Source of the DNA: an uncultured Acidimicrobiaceae bacterium | GTDB lineage: Bacteria; Actinomycetota; Acidimicrobiia; Acidimicrobiales; RAAP-2 | Direction: 5' to 3' | Assembly (NCBI GenBank): GCA_963836375.1 | Contig: CAWIJK010000004.1 | Location: 923,303-987,302, forward strand | Length of the DNA: 64,000 nucleotides | In this document: piece by piece, positions 47,149 through 59,903 of the stretch | How positions within the stretch are numbered: the stretch's first letter is position 1 | Layout of the letters: the number at the start of each line of letters is the position of its first letter | Notes under the pieces: model-generated | Seen by the model: only the letters and a program-made list of their open reading frames with translations | Told to the model about the DNA's origin: nothing | Databases searched by the model: none | Translations under genes and position numbers: made by a program

Positions 47149-47787
47149 TCAGAACAGCGGGCGCTTGGCCGGGACCCCGGTCCGGCGGGGGAAGCGGGCG
47201 GGGCAGGCCTCAAGCTGCACCAGCACTTCGTAGGTGGCGCTGGCGGACCATCGCTGCGGGAGGCCCAGGCCCAGGCGGGACAGCCCCTCGGCTCCCCAGC
47301 GGTCGTCGGGGCGCCCGTTCGCCGGGGGGGCCGAGACCACCAGTGCCCCGCCGACCCGGAGGAACGGGGCCCCGCACTCGGCCGTGACCGCCGGGGGGCC
47401 GAACGACCGGGCCACGACCAGGTCGAACGACCCGCGCAGCTCGGCCCGGCGGCCGGCCACCTCGGCGCGCTCGCGGACGACGCGGACCCGGTCACCCACG
47501 CCCAGCCGCACCACCGCCTCGGACAAGAAGGCGCTCCGGCGCTCGCCGGCCTCGAGCAGGACCAGGTCGGTGGTGGGCCACCGCACGGCCAGGACCAGGC
47601 CCGGCAGGCCGCCACCCGAGCCGAGGTCCAGCACTGTCGACGGGGGCGACCCCACGAGGGTGGCGGCGGCGTCGGCGAATCCCGAGGCGTGGTCGAGCTG
47701 GGGTTGGAGATCCCCCGGGCCGAGGAAGCCGAGGCGCCTGGCCTCGGCCAGGGTCTCGAGCAGGACCGCGTCGCCGGGCACGGTCAT
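47149..47787 (-). CDS. rsmG: 16S rRNA (guanine527-N7)-methyltransferase RsmG (GidB)
   Basis: VLDLGSGGGLPGLVLAV (SAM motif), RVRVVRERAE, and FDLVVARSF. Confidence 0.9.
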   Translation of the reverse strand: MTVPGDAVLLETLAEARRLGFLGPGDLQPQLDHASGFADAAATLVGSPPSTVLDLGSGGGLPGLVLAVRWPTTDLVLLEAGERRSAFLSEAVVRLGVGDRVRVVRERAEVAGRRAELRGSFDLVVARSFGPPAVTAECGAPFLRVGGALVVSAPPANGRPDDRWGAEGLSRLGLGLPQRWSASATYEVLVQLEACPARFPRRTGVPAKRPLF

Positions 47788-47807
47788 CGGCCCCGGGGCC
47801 GGGGTTC

Positions 47808-48779
47808 TCAGCCGGCGGGAGCGATCACGATGTAGCGGGCGGGATCCTCGCCCTCGGACCGGGTGGCCACCCCGTCGATCTCGTTCACCGCGTCGTGGAC
47901 GACCTTGCGGTCGGCCGGCGACATGGGCTCGAGCGCCCGCTCCGACCCAGACTCGATGACCTCGGCGGCGACCTGGTGGCTGAACTTCTGGAGGGCGGCG
48001 GCCCGCTTCTCGCGGTAGCCGGCCACGTCCACCAGGATCCGGTCGGTCCTCGAGGGGAAGTTTCGCTGGACCACGGTCCGGGTCACGTCCTGGAGCGCTG
48101 CCAGCGTCGACCCCTTCGGGCCCACCAGGATTCCGAGCCCCTCGCCGGTGGCCGCCAGCTCCACCGTCTCTTCGTCGAGGACCTTGGTGTCGACGGTCGC
48201 CTCCAGCCCGAACTGGTCCAACAGGCCCTGGAGGAAGCCGCGCGCCACCTCCGCCTGCTCCTCGAGTGTCATCCCCTCGGCCATTGCCGTCTCCTCCTTC
48301 GCCCGCGCCCCATTGGCGGTGTTGTCACGGTCACCCGCACGGGCGCCGTCCTCGGTCCCTGCCTTGCTCGCGCCGCCGGCCCCGGCCGGGCGGGAATTGC
48401 TCCGGCTCCGCCGGCGACGAGCCGAGCGGCTGCGGCCCGAACCAGTCTCGGCCCCCGAGCGTTGCCCGCCGCCGCCCCCCGGCGCCGGGGCGATCGACCC
48501 CGGGGTGTCGCGACCCTGGGCCCTCCCCCGGCCGGCCGAACCGTTGTCTCGCCCCGGGGCCCGGGTTTTCTCCCGGGGCCGCCGGTTGCGCTTGGGCTTG
48601 GGCCCGAGCGGCTGCACCCGGGCGCGCACCCGGGCCTCGCCGCGCACCCTCCCGAAAAGGCCCGTCTTTGGTTCGGCGACGATGATCAACTCGGCGTCGC
48701 GCTCAGCGACGCCGAGTTGATCCAGCGCGGCCTCCTTGGCCTCGTCGACGGTCTTGCCGGTGACCTCCACCCATTCCAC
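47808..48779 (-). CDS. jag: Jag/KhpB-type RNA-binding protein (Jag_N, KH and R3H domains) with an Arg/Gly/Ser-rich linker
   Basis: The N-terminus is MEWVEVTGKTVDEAKEAALDQLGV...LFGRVRGEARV. The C-terminus has GILVGPKGSTLAALQ (KH) and MSPADRKVVHDAVNEIDGVATRSEGEDPARYIVI (R3H). Confidence 0.88.
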   Translation of the reverse strand: MEWVEVTGKTVDEAKEAALDQLGVAERDAELIIVAEPKTGLFGRVRGEARVRARVQPLGPKPKRNRRPREKTRAPGRDNGSAGRGRAQGRDTPGSIAPAPGGGGGQRSGAETGSGRSRSARRRRSRSNSRPAGAGGASKAGTEDGARAGDRDNTANGARAKEETAMAEGMTLEEQAEVARGFLQGLLDQFGLEATVDTKVLDEETVELAATGEGLGILVGPKGSTLAALQDVTRTVVQRNFPSRTDRILVDVAGYREKRAAALQKFSHQVAAEVIESGSERALEPMSPADRKVVHDAVNEIDGVATRSEGEDPARYIVIAPAG

Positions 48780-48783
48780 GTGC

Positions 48784-49995
48784 TCAGCGGTCCCTTCTCG
48801 CTCGCTTCGACTTGGACCGCGGGTGGGGCTTGGCCGGTTGGGCCTCGCCGGCGCCGTTCGCCGCCGACCCGTTGGAGCCGCCCGACGCGCTGGCGGACCC
48901 AGAAGTGCCGTTCCGCGGCTTGGAGCCGCCCGACTTGGGGGTCGCCTTGGCCGGGCCGCCCGTGGCCTTCCCGGCCGCCCCGGACTTCCCGGCCGCCCCC
49001 GGCTTCCCCGACGACGTCGGCTTGGCGTTCTTGCCGTTGCCGTTCCCGGCGGGTTTGTCCTCCTCGACCAGCGCCGCCGCCCCGGCCGCCTTGATCGGCG
49101 GGCTCTTCGCGCCCCCGCCGATCTCGCGCTCGCCCGGCCGTTTGACGATGCCGTGGCGGAAGATGAAGTCCTGTGTCCCGATCCGGATCGCCGTTGAGAC
49201 GATCATATAGAGGACGACCCCAGCCGGGATAATAAAGTAAATGTAGGCGAAGATAAGCGGCATTATCTTTTGCATGGACTGCATCTGCGGATTGGCTTTT
49301 GCCGCAGCAGGGTTGCGCTTGGTCATCTGGGACATCTGGAGGTACTGCAGGCCGACGGCCAGGGCCACCAGGGCGAAGTACGGGATGTAGTTGTACCAGG
49401 CGCCGTGGTGTGAGAAGGGCTTGAGGGCCAGGTTGATACCGAAGGCCACCATCTGCCCCGGGGTCGCCACGAGGTGCTGGTACATGGTCGACGAGTGGGG
49501 GATATACCTCGGAATCGCGCAGAGAGCCTCTGCGCATTTCTGGCCGGACATCGGATAACCGGGGGGGATTACTGTCCCTTTGGACACCGTGTTCGTCAGC
49601 CCTTTGATCACGTCGTAGAGGACGATCAGGGCCGGCATTTGCAAGAACATGGGCAGGCAGCCGCCGGTCGGACTGACCCCCTGCTCTTTGTACAGCTTCA
49701 TCATCTCTTGATTCAGCTGCTCGCGGTTCTCCGCCCCCTTGTACTTCTGGCGCAGCTTTTGCATCTCGGGCTGCAGCGCCTGCATGGCGATCATCGACTT
49801 GGTGCTCTTGATGGTGAGCGGCGTCAGGAGCGCCATGATCAAGATGGTCAGCAAGATGATGGCCAGGGCGTAGTTCGGGACGATGGCGTAGATGAACGCC
49901 AGCACGTCGGCCACGGCCACGAAGAGCGGGTGGAAGATCTTGCCGACCGTCGAGAACAGCGAGTTCTCGGCCAACAGCGGGGTCAGGCCGATCAT
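48784..49995 (-). CDS. yidC: Membrane protein insertase YidC with a long Lys/Gly/Ser-rich C-terminal tail
   Basis: ILLTILIMALLTPLTIKSTKSMIAMQALQPEMQKLRQKYKG...GVSPTGGCLPMFLQMPALI...MPLIFAYIYFIIPAGVVLYMIVS. The ATG overlaps the yidD stop (ATGA). Confidence 0.93.
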   Translation of the reverse strand: MIGLTPLLAENSLFSTVGKIFHPLFVAVADVLAFIYAIVPNYALAIILLTILIMALLTPLTIKSTKSMIAMQALQPEMQKLRQKYKGAENREQLNQEMMKLYKEQGVSPTGGCLPMFLQMPALIVLYDVIKGLTNTVSKGTVIPPGYPMSGQKCAEALCAIPRYIPHSSTMYQHLVATPGQMVAFGINLALKPFSHHGAWYNYIPYFALVALAVGLQYLQMSQMTKRNPAAAKANPQMQSMQKIMPLIFAYIYFIIPAGVVLYMIVSTAIRIGTQDFIFRHGIVKRPGEREIGGGAKSPPIKAAGAAALVEEDKPAGNGNGKNAKPTSSGKPGAAGKSGAAGKATGGPAKATPKSGGSKPRNGTSGSASASGGSNGSAANGAGEAQPAKPHPRSKSKRARRDR

Positions 49996-50252
49996 GGTCG
50001 CCTCGCCGGGCGCTCGACCCGGGCCGGGACCAGGTCGACGCCGTGGCCCCCGAAGGGGTGGCAACGTCCGAGACGCCGGGCGGCCAGGCGCCCGCCACGC
50101 CACAGGCCGTGGGTCTCGATGGCCTCGGCCCCGTAGGCCGAACAGCTCGGGTAGTACCGGCAGCCCGAGGGCCGCCCGGACCGCAGCCCCTGGTAGGCCC
50201 GGATCAGGGCCAGGGCGACCCGCTGGCCGGGCCCCTGGGTCGGGCCGCTCAT
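49992..50252 (-). CDS. yidD: Membrane protein insertion efficiency factor YidD
   Basis: ALALIRAYQG.......CRYYPSCSAYGAEAIETHG..RG..LAARRLGRCHPF. The ATG overlaps the rnpA stop (ATGA). Confidence 0.9.
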   Translation of the reverse strand: MSGPTQGPGQRVALALIRAYQGLRSGRPSGCRYYPSCSAYGAEAIETHGLWRGGRLAARRLGRCHPFGGHGVDLVPARVERPARRP

Positions 50253-50616
50253 CGGCCCGGGCCCGGTGCCGCCGGCCCGGCGGCGGCCACCATCGCCTGG
50301 CGCACCGTGGCCACCAGGTCAAGGTAGGGCATCGTGGCCGACTCGGGCCGGGTCCCGAGCAGGTAGGCGCCGGCGGGCAGCCCGGCGGCCACCTCGGCCA
50401 CCGCCGCCCGCAGCCGGCGGCGCAACCGGTTCCGGGCCACCGCATTGCCGCAGTGGCGGCCAATTGCGTAGCCGACCTGGGCGAACGCGGACCCGGCCCC
50501 CGGGGGGGCGGGACGAAGGCCACCCGCACCGGCCCACGAGTGGACCGGCCCTGGGGCCGCCTGAGGGCGCGGAACACCGACCGCTCGTGGATGCGTGCTG
50601 CTGGCGTCGGGGTCAC
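50249..50616 (-). pseudogene. rnpA: RNase P protein component gene with an apparent 1-nt frameshift in a C7G5 homopolymer pair (50497-50508)
   Basis: RIHERSVFRALRRPQGRSTRGPVRVAFVPPP is in the GTG-50616 frame. SAFAQVGYAIGRHCGNAVARNRLRRRLRAAV...GPGR* is in the -1 frame and ends at 50249. Adding one C restores a continuous RnpA-like protein. Confidence 0.85.
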
Positions 50617-50623
50617 GGCCGGC

Positions 50624-50758
50624 TCAGGCAGTCAGCCGATGACGCCCCTTGAGCCGCCTCGACCGCAGGATCGCCCGCCCGCCCCTGGTGGACATCCGAC
50701 GGCGGAACCCGTGCGTCTTGGCCCTTTTCCGGGTGTTCGGTTGATACGTCCGCTTCAC
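50624..50758 (-). CDS. rpmH: 50S ribosomal protein L34
   Basis: (V)[43 protein letters not shown]. 44 aa with a GTG start at 50758. Confidence 0.95.
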   Translation of the reverse strand: MKRTYQPNTRKRAKTHGFRRRMSTRGGRAILRSRRLKGRHRLTA

Positions 50759-50953
50759 GTCGGCCAGCCTTTCGGTGCGTGCGGGGGGCCCGGCGTCCGC
50801 CGAGCCCACGCAGGAGGAGGGCCACCGCCTGGCCACGCCGTCAGTGGGGCGTCCGGGAACGGTGACGTCCCCCGATCGTAGGCCAGATCGGCGCTTGCCA
50901 CTAGTCGGGATCTGGGGCACGGTGTACGTTCGATCGAGCACGGGCCCAGTGCA

Positions 50954-50984
50954 TGTTCCACACCTGTGGACCACGCTGTGGATG
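50954..50984. promoter_or_regulatory. DnaA-box cluster in the rpmH-dnaA spacer/dnaA 5' region (autoregulatory type)
   Basis: TGTTCCACA (50954-62), CTGTGGACC (50964-72) and CTGTGGATG (50976-84). The first two form a near-palindrome. Confidence 0.5.
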
Positions 50985-51013
50985 GTCGGCCGCTCAGGTT
51001 CGCGGAGGAGCAG

Positions 51014-52411
51014 GTGAACGAATCCAACGGGCTGTGGACACGCTGCACCGCGTCGTTGCGTGAACAGGTCTCGGACACCACCTGGCAGATGTGGCTGTCG
51101 AGTGTCGAACCGGTGTCCTTCGACGGCGGCGTGCTCGTACTCGGGGTGCCCAACGCCGTGGTCCGCGACCGGGTGGAGAGCCGCTTCCTGCCCCTGATCG
51201 AAGACACGCTGGCCGTGGTCTCGGGCGAGGACGTCCAGGCCCGGCTCCAGGTCGTCGACCGGCCGACGCCGGCGCCACACGAGCAGGCCCCGGGCCGACC
51301 GGTGGTCCCGGCCGCCCCCACGACCAACGGGGCCCGCAGCCAGCCGGCCCCGGCCCAGGCGCCGGCGCGCCGCGAGACCGGGGCGGTCTCCCTCGACCCG
51401 CGCTTCGCCTTCGACACCTTCGTGGCCGCCTCGTCCAACCGCCTGGCCCATGCCGCCGCCCAGGCGGTGGCCGAGACCCCCGGCCGCTCCTACAACCCGC
51501 TGTTCATCTACGGGGACTCCGGACTCGGCAAGACCCACCTCCTCCACGCCATCGGCAACTACGTCCAGGAAAACTTCCCGGTCCGCAAGGTGCTCTACGT
51601 CACCACCGAGACCTTCATGAACGACTTCGTCGACTCCTTGCGCATGTCGACCACCATCGCCTTCAAGCGCCGCTACCGCGAGTGCGACGTCCTGTTGATC
51701 GACGACGTGCAGTTCATGGAGAACAAGGAGGGCCTCCAAGAGGAGTTCTTCCACACCTACAACGACCTGCACGGGGCGGCCAAGCAGATCGTGCTCACCT
51801 CGGACCGGCCGCCCAAGTCCATCGAGACCCTCGAGGACCGGCTGCGCAGCCGCTTCCTCTCGGGGCTGATCACCGAGATCGACCCCCCCGACCTCGAGAC
51901 CCGCCTGGCCATCTTGCGCTCCAAGGCCGAGGCCGACCACGACGACATCCCGAACGACGTCCTCGAGTTCATCGCCACCCACGTGAAGAACAACATCCGC
52001 GAGCTCGAGGGGGCCCTCATCCGGGTGACCGCCTTCGCCAGCTTGAACCGCGAGCCGATCTCCTTGGACCTGGCCGAGCGGGTGCTCAGCGACATCGTCT
52101 CGGCCGGCGAGCCCCGACGGATCACCCCCGAGATGATCCTGGAGGCCACCGCCGAGAATTACGGGTTCAGCATCGATGCCATCTGCGGGCCCAGCCGGAC
52201 CCGTCCCCTGGTCACCGCCCGCCAGGTGGCCATGTACCTCGTCCGCGAGCTCACCGACTACAGCTACCCCGCCATCGCCCGGGTGTTCGGTGGGCGCGAC
52301 CACACAACCGTGATCCATGCCGTCGACAAGATCACCACCCAGATGAAAGAGCGGCGCCAGATCTACGACCAGGTCACCGAGATCCGATCGCAGATCAAGA
52401 ACGGCTCGTGA
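51014..52411 (+). CDS. dnaA: Chromosomal replication initiator protein DnaA
   Basis: [44 protein letters not shown] (Walker A), [24 protein letters not shown], and the DNA-binding tail [24 protein letters not shown] 51014 follows GGAGGAG. The upstream in-frame GTG at 50966 lies inside the DnaA boxes. Confidence 0.93.
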   Translation: MNESNGLWTRCTASLREQVSDTTWQMWLSSVEPVSFDGGVLVLGVPNAVVRDRVESRFLPLIEDTLAVVSGEDVQARLQVVDRPTPAPHEQAPGRPVVPAAPTTNGARSQPAPAQAPARRETGAVSLDPRFAFDTFVAASSNRLAHAAAQAVAETPGRSYNPLFIYGDSGLGKTHLLHAIGNYVQENFPVRKVLYVTTETFMNDFVDSLRMSTTIAFKRRYRECDVLLIDDVQFMENKEGLQEEFFHTYNDLHGAAKQIVLTSDRPPKSIETLEDRLRSRFLSGLITEIDPPDLETRLAILRSKAEADHDDIPNDVLEFIATHVKNNIRELEGALIRVTAFASLNREPISLDLAERVLSDIVSAGEPRRITPEMILEATAENYGFSIDAICGPSRTRPLVTARQVAMYLVRELTDYSYPAIARVFGGRDHTTVIHAVDKITTQMKERRQIYDQVTEIRSQIKNGS

Positions 52412-52679
52412 GCGTGCTGGGGATCCAGGCGGCGGCCCTTGTGGACGGCCTCGGCCCGCGCTGTGGACGCGCCGGGCTCCCGTCCACAGCCCCGGGCGGG
52501 CCGGCCGCCGCGCCACGCCCCGCGTCCACCGACCAGCTCCGCCCGGTGGACGACCATCACCCCCCTACGCTGGGAACGGCACGCCCCGTCCACAATCCCC
52601 AACCCCTATTACCGATACGAAATGAATTACCTTCTCTCCATCATCATCAGCCCTGTGGTTTTCGAAAGGACCGAACGCG
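52412..52679. other. oriC: Candidate chromosomal origin oriC (dnaA-dnaN spacer): six DnaA boxes plus an AT-rich unwinding element
   Basis: Boxes are TTGTGGACG 52439, CTGTGGACG 52461, CGTCCACAG 52481, CGTCCACCG 52523, CGGTGGACG 52544 and CGTCCACAA 52587. Segment 52606-52649 has 16 G/C of 44 by my count in an otherwise very GC-rich locus. This is the canonical actinobacterial position. Confidence 0.75.
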
Positions 52680-53801
52680 GTGAAGTTCCGTTCCGAGCGT
52701 GACTCGTTGGTAGAGGCCCTGGCGACCGCCGGCCGTGCGGTCGGCGGTCGGGGAGGGGGCGCGGCGGTGCTGTCGGGGCTGTTGCTCGACTGTTCGGGCA
52801 ACCAGCTCACAGTGACCGGCACCGACCTGGACCTGACCATCCGGGTCGACCAAGAGGTCATCGGGCTCGACGACGGGGCGTGCGTGGTGCCGGCCCGCCT
52901 CGCCGCCGACATCGTGCGTTCGCTCGAACCGGGCGCGGTCACCGTCGAGGGCGGTGAGGACAAGGTCGAGATCTCGGCCTCACGGTCGCGGTTCGGGCTG
53001 CGGGCCTTCCCGGTGGTCGAGTTCCCGGCCATCTCGGTGCCCGAGGGGGCCACGATCACCCTGCCGGGGGCGGGCTTGGCCGAAGGCCTGCGCCAGGTGG
53101 TGCGGGCGGCCTCGAACGACGACGCCCGGCCCCTCTTGACCGGGGTCCTGCTGGCCAACGAGGGCGGGGGCATCCGGCTGGTGGCCACCGACTCCTACCG
53201 CCTGGCGCTGCGCGACCTGGCCGGCACCGGCGGGCTGCCAGCCGAGGGCGACATCTTGGTCCCGGCCCGGGCCCTGGCCGAGCTCCAACGCCTGTCGTCG
53301 GGGCCTTCTGGGGCCGACGGGGAGGCCGCGGCCTCGGTGGCCATGGCCACGGGGCCCCACGAGATCACCTTCACCCACGGGTCGGTGCGGATCAGCACCC
53401 GCCTGCTCGACGGCAACTACCCCGACTACCGCCAGCTGATCCCAGAGCACTATCCCAACCGGCTCCATCTGGGCAAGGAATCCCTGGTCGCCGCCCTGCG
53501 CCGGGTACGCCTCTTGGTGCGCGACAACACGACGCCGGTGCGCCTGTCGATGCGCGCCGGCGGCGTCGACCTGTCGGTGGTCTCCCAGGAGGTGGGCGAC
53601 GCCAGCGAGACGGTCGACGGGGACTTCACCGGCGAGGACCTGGTGATCGCCTTCAACCCGACCTACCTGATCGACGGCGTCGAGGCGGTCCTGGGCGACG
53701 AGGTGCTGATCGAGACGGCCGACGCCGGCAAGCCGGCCACGGTCCGGGGCGCCGAACACGAGGACTTCCGCTACCTGCTCATGCCGGTGCGGGTCTCCTG
53801 A
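52680..53801 (+). CDS. dnaN: DNA polymerase III beta sliding clamp
   Basis: (V)KFRSERDSLVEAL...LTVTGTDLDLTI...LVATDSYRLA...TRLLDGNYPDYRQLIP...AFNPTYLIDG...YLLMPVRV. Confidence 0.95.
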   Translation: MKFRSERDSLVEALATAGRAVGGRGGGAAVLSGLLLDCSGNQLTVTGTDLDLTIRVDQEVIGLDDGACVVPARLAADIVRSLEPGAVTVEGGEDKVEISASRSRFGLRAFPVVEFPAISVPEGATITLPGAGLAEGLRQVVRAASNDDARPLLTGVLLANEGGGIRLVATDSYRLALRDLAGTGGLPAEGDILVPARALAELQRLSSGPSGADGEAAASVAMATGPHEITFTHGSVRISTRLLDGNYPDYRQLIPEHYPNRLHLGKESLVAALRRVRLLVRDNTTPVRLSMRAGGVDLSVVSQEVGDASETVDGDFTGEDLVIAFNPTYLIDGVEAVLGDEVLIETADAGKPATVRGAEHEDFRYLLMPVRVS

Positions 53802-53847
53802 GCTCCCGGGAACGACCCCCGACCCGGGCCCTGAGTGGTCGGCGGCC

Positions 53848-54966
53848 ATGAGCCTGACCCTGGTCACCTTGGAGGACTTCCGCATCTTCGAGGAGTGCCG
53901 GTTCGAGCCCGACCCCGAGGGCACCACGGTGATCACCGGTCCGAACGGGACCGGCAAGACGACGGTCCTCGAGGCGGTGGCCTACCTCGGGACCCAGCGC
54001 TCCTTCCGGGGCGCCCAGCGCGAGTCGATGGTGCGCACCGGCCGGGAGCGGGCGGTGATCCGGGCCGAGCTCACCCGGGCCGGGCTGCCGCTGCTGGTCG
54101 AGGCCGAGGTGGCCGCCCAGGGCCGCTCGCGGGCCCAGGTGAACCGCCAGCCGGTGCGGTCCCGGCGCGACCTGGCCGAGGCGGTCCCGGTCACGGTCTT
54201 CTCGCCCGAGGACCTGGGCATCGTCCAGGGCGCGCCGGCGCGCCGGCGCGAGCTGCTCGACGATGCGCTGGCCCTGCTCGACCCGAAGGCGGCCGCCCTG
54301 TGCGACGAGGTCGACCGGGTGCTGCGCCAGCGCGGGGCTCTCCTGCGCCAGGCCGGGGGTCGCCTGGGCCCCGAGATCGCTAGCACCCTGGACGTCTGGG
54401 ACGAGCGGCTGGCCGCCGCCGGCTCGGACTTGGCGGTGGCCCGGGCCGACCTGGCCCGGGCCCTCGGGCCGCTGGTGGCCGCCGCCTACGGCGCCCTGGC
54501 CCACCGGGGCCCATCGGGGCCCGGGGGCGCGGCGGGGAGCACCCCGAGCACCGAGGTGGCCATCGAGTACCGGCCGACCTGGGAGGGCCCCCTGGCCGAG
54601 GCCCTGGCCCGGGCCCGGGCCGACGACGTGCGCCGAGCGGCCAGCACCGTCGGGCCCCACCGTGACGACCTGGCCCTGGTCCTCGGGGGGCGCGACGCCC
54701 GGCTCCAGGCCTCCCAGGGCGAGCAGCGCTGCGTGGCCCTGGCGCTGCGCCTCGGGGTCCACCACCTGGTGACCGAGCGTCTCGGGATGCCGCCGATCCT
54801 GCTCCTCGACGACGTGTTCAGCGAGCTCGACCCGGTGCGCAGCCACCACCTGGTGACCGAGCTCCCCCCCGGCCAGGCGCTGTTGACCACCGCGGTGCCG
54901 CTCCCCGCCGGCGTGGCGGTGGCCGGCGTGGTCGAGGTGGCCGACTTGGCCGCCCGGCGGCCGTGA
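53848..54966 (+). CDS. recF: DNA replication/repair protein RecF
   Basis: ITGPNGTGKTTVLEAVAYL (Walker A), GPHRDDL, SQGEQRCVALALRL (signature), and ILLLDDVFSELD (Walker B). Confidence 0.94.
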   Translation: MSLTLVTLEDFRIFEECRFEPDPEGTTVITGPNGTGKTTVLEAVAYLGTQRSFRGAQRESMVRTGRERAVIRAELTRAGLPLLVEAEVAAQGRSRAQVNRQPVRSRRDLAEAVPVTVFSPEDLGIVQGAPARRRELLDDALALLDPKAAALCDEVDRVLRQRGALLRQAGGRLGPEIASTLDVWDERLAAAGSDLAVARADLARALGPLVAAAYGALAHRGPSGPGGAAGSTPSTEVAIEYRPTWEGPLAEALARARADDVRRAASTVGPHRDDLALVLGGRDARLQASQGEQRCVALALRLGVHHLVTERLGMPPILLLDDVFSELDPVRSHHLVTELPPGQALLTTAVPLPAGVAVAGVVEVADLAARRP

Positions 54967-55337
54967 GCCCGCCCGCCCGCCCCCGGCGCCCGTCCCCGGG
55001 CCACGACACCGGGCCGCGCCCATTGGCCGAGGGGCTCGGCGACGCGGTGGCCCGGCTCGACACCGACGCCGGGGCCCTCGGGGCGCTGTTCGGCCGCTGG
55101 GAGGAGATCGCCGGGCCCGACCTGGCCCGCCACGTCCGGCCGCTCAAGCTGTCGGGCGGGGTGCTGTGGGTGGCGGCGGACCACGCCGCGTGGGCCACCC
55201 AGGTGCGGGCCCTGGGGGCGGCGCTGCTCGACCGGGTGGGGGCAATTGCCACCAGCGCGCCGACACGTCTCGAGGTCGTCGTGCGCCGTGCCGACGGAGG
55301 CCGTCGGGGGGCACCGGGGGCACCACCGGTCGACTAG
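54963..55337 (+). CDS. dciA: DUF721 protein (Rv0004/DciA-like, putative DnaB-helicase operator)
   Basis: WEEIAGPDLARHVRPLKLSGGVLWVAADHAAWATQVRAL matches the DUF721 pattern. It sits between recF and gyrB, as Rv0004 does. GTG overlaps the recF stop. Confidence 0.7.
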   Translation: MSPPARPRRPSPGHDTGPRPLAEGLGDAVARLDTDAGALGALFGRWEEIAGPDLARHVRPLKLSGGVLWVAADHAAWATQVRALGAALLDRVGAIATSAPTRLEVVVRRADGGRRGAPGAPPVD

Positions 55338-55413
55338 AATGACAAGGTCCGCGCCGGACTGGACGGCCCGCAGCTGTGATCGGGGACCCGGTGCGCACAA
55401 CAAATCGTGGTGA

Positions 55414-57375
<1,962 letters not shown>

Positions 57376-57395
57376 GGAGACGCCGGGACGACCAC

Positions 57396-59894
<2,499 letters not shown>

Positions 59895-59903
59895 TCCGGA
59901 CGC

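Noticed and set aside
48784-50616. 610-aa ORF that appears to fuse rnpA and yidC
   Set aside because: The frame happens to stay open across yidD. The middle part is low-complexity. The real genes are rnpA (frameshifted), yidD in another frame, and yidC starting at ATG 49995.
50759-52516. 630-aa minus-strand ORF (50624..52516) covering the dnaA region
   Set aside because: Only the last 44 codons (rpmH, 50624-50758) are real. The rest is antisense to dnaA and to the oriC spacer and has no protein-like composition.
52640-52651. CATCATCATCA run as DnaA-trio elements
   Set aside because: The trinucleotide periodicity next to the last DnaA box is suggestive. In either strand and register, however, it does not match the published 3'-(G/A)A(T/A)-5' trio consensus (5'-TAG/TAA). 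It is reported only as part of the oriC finding.
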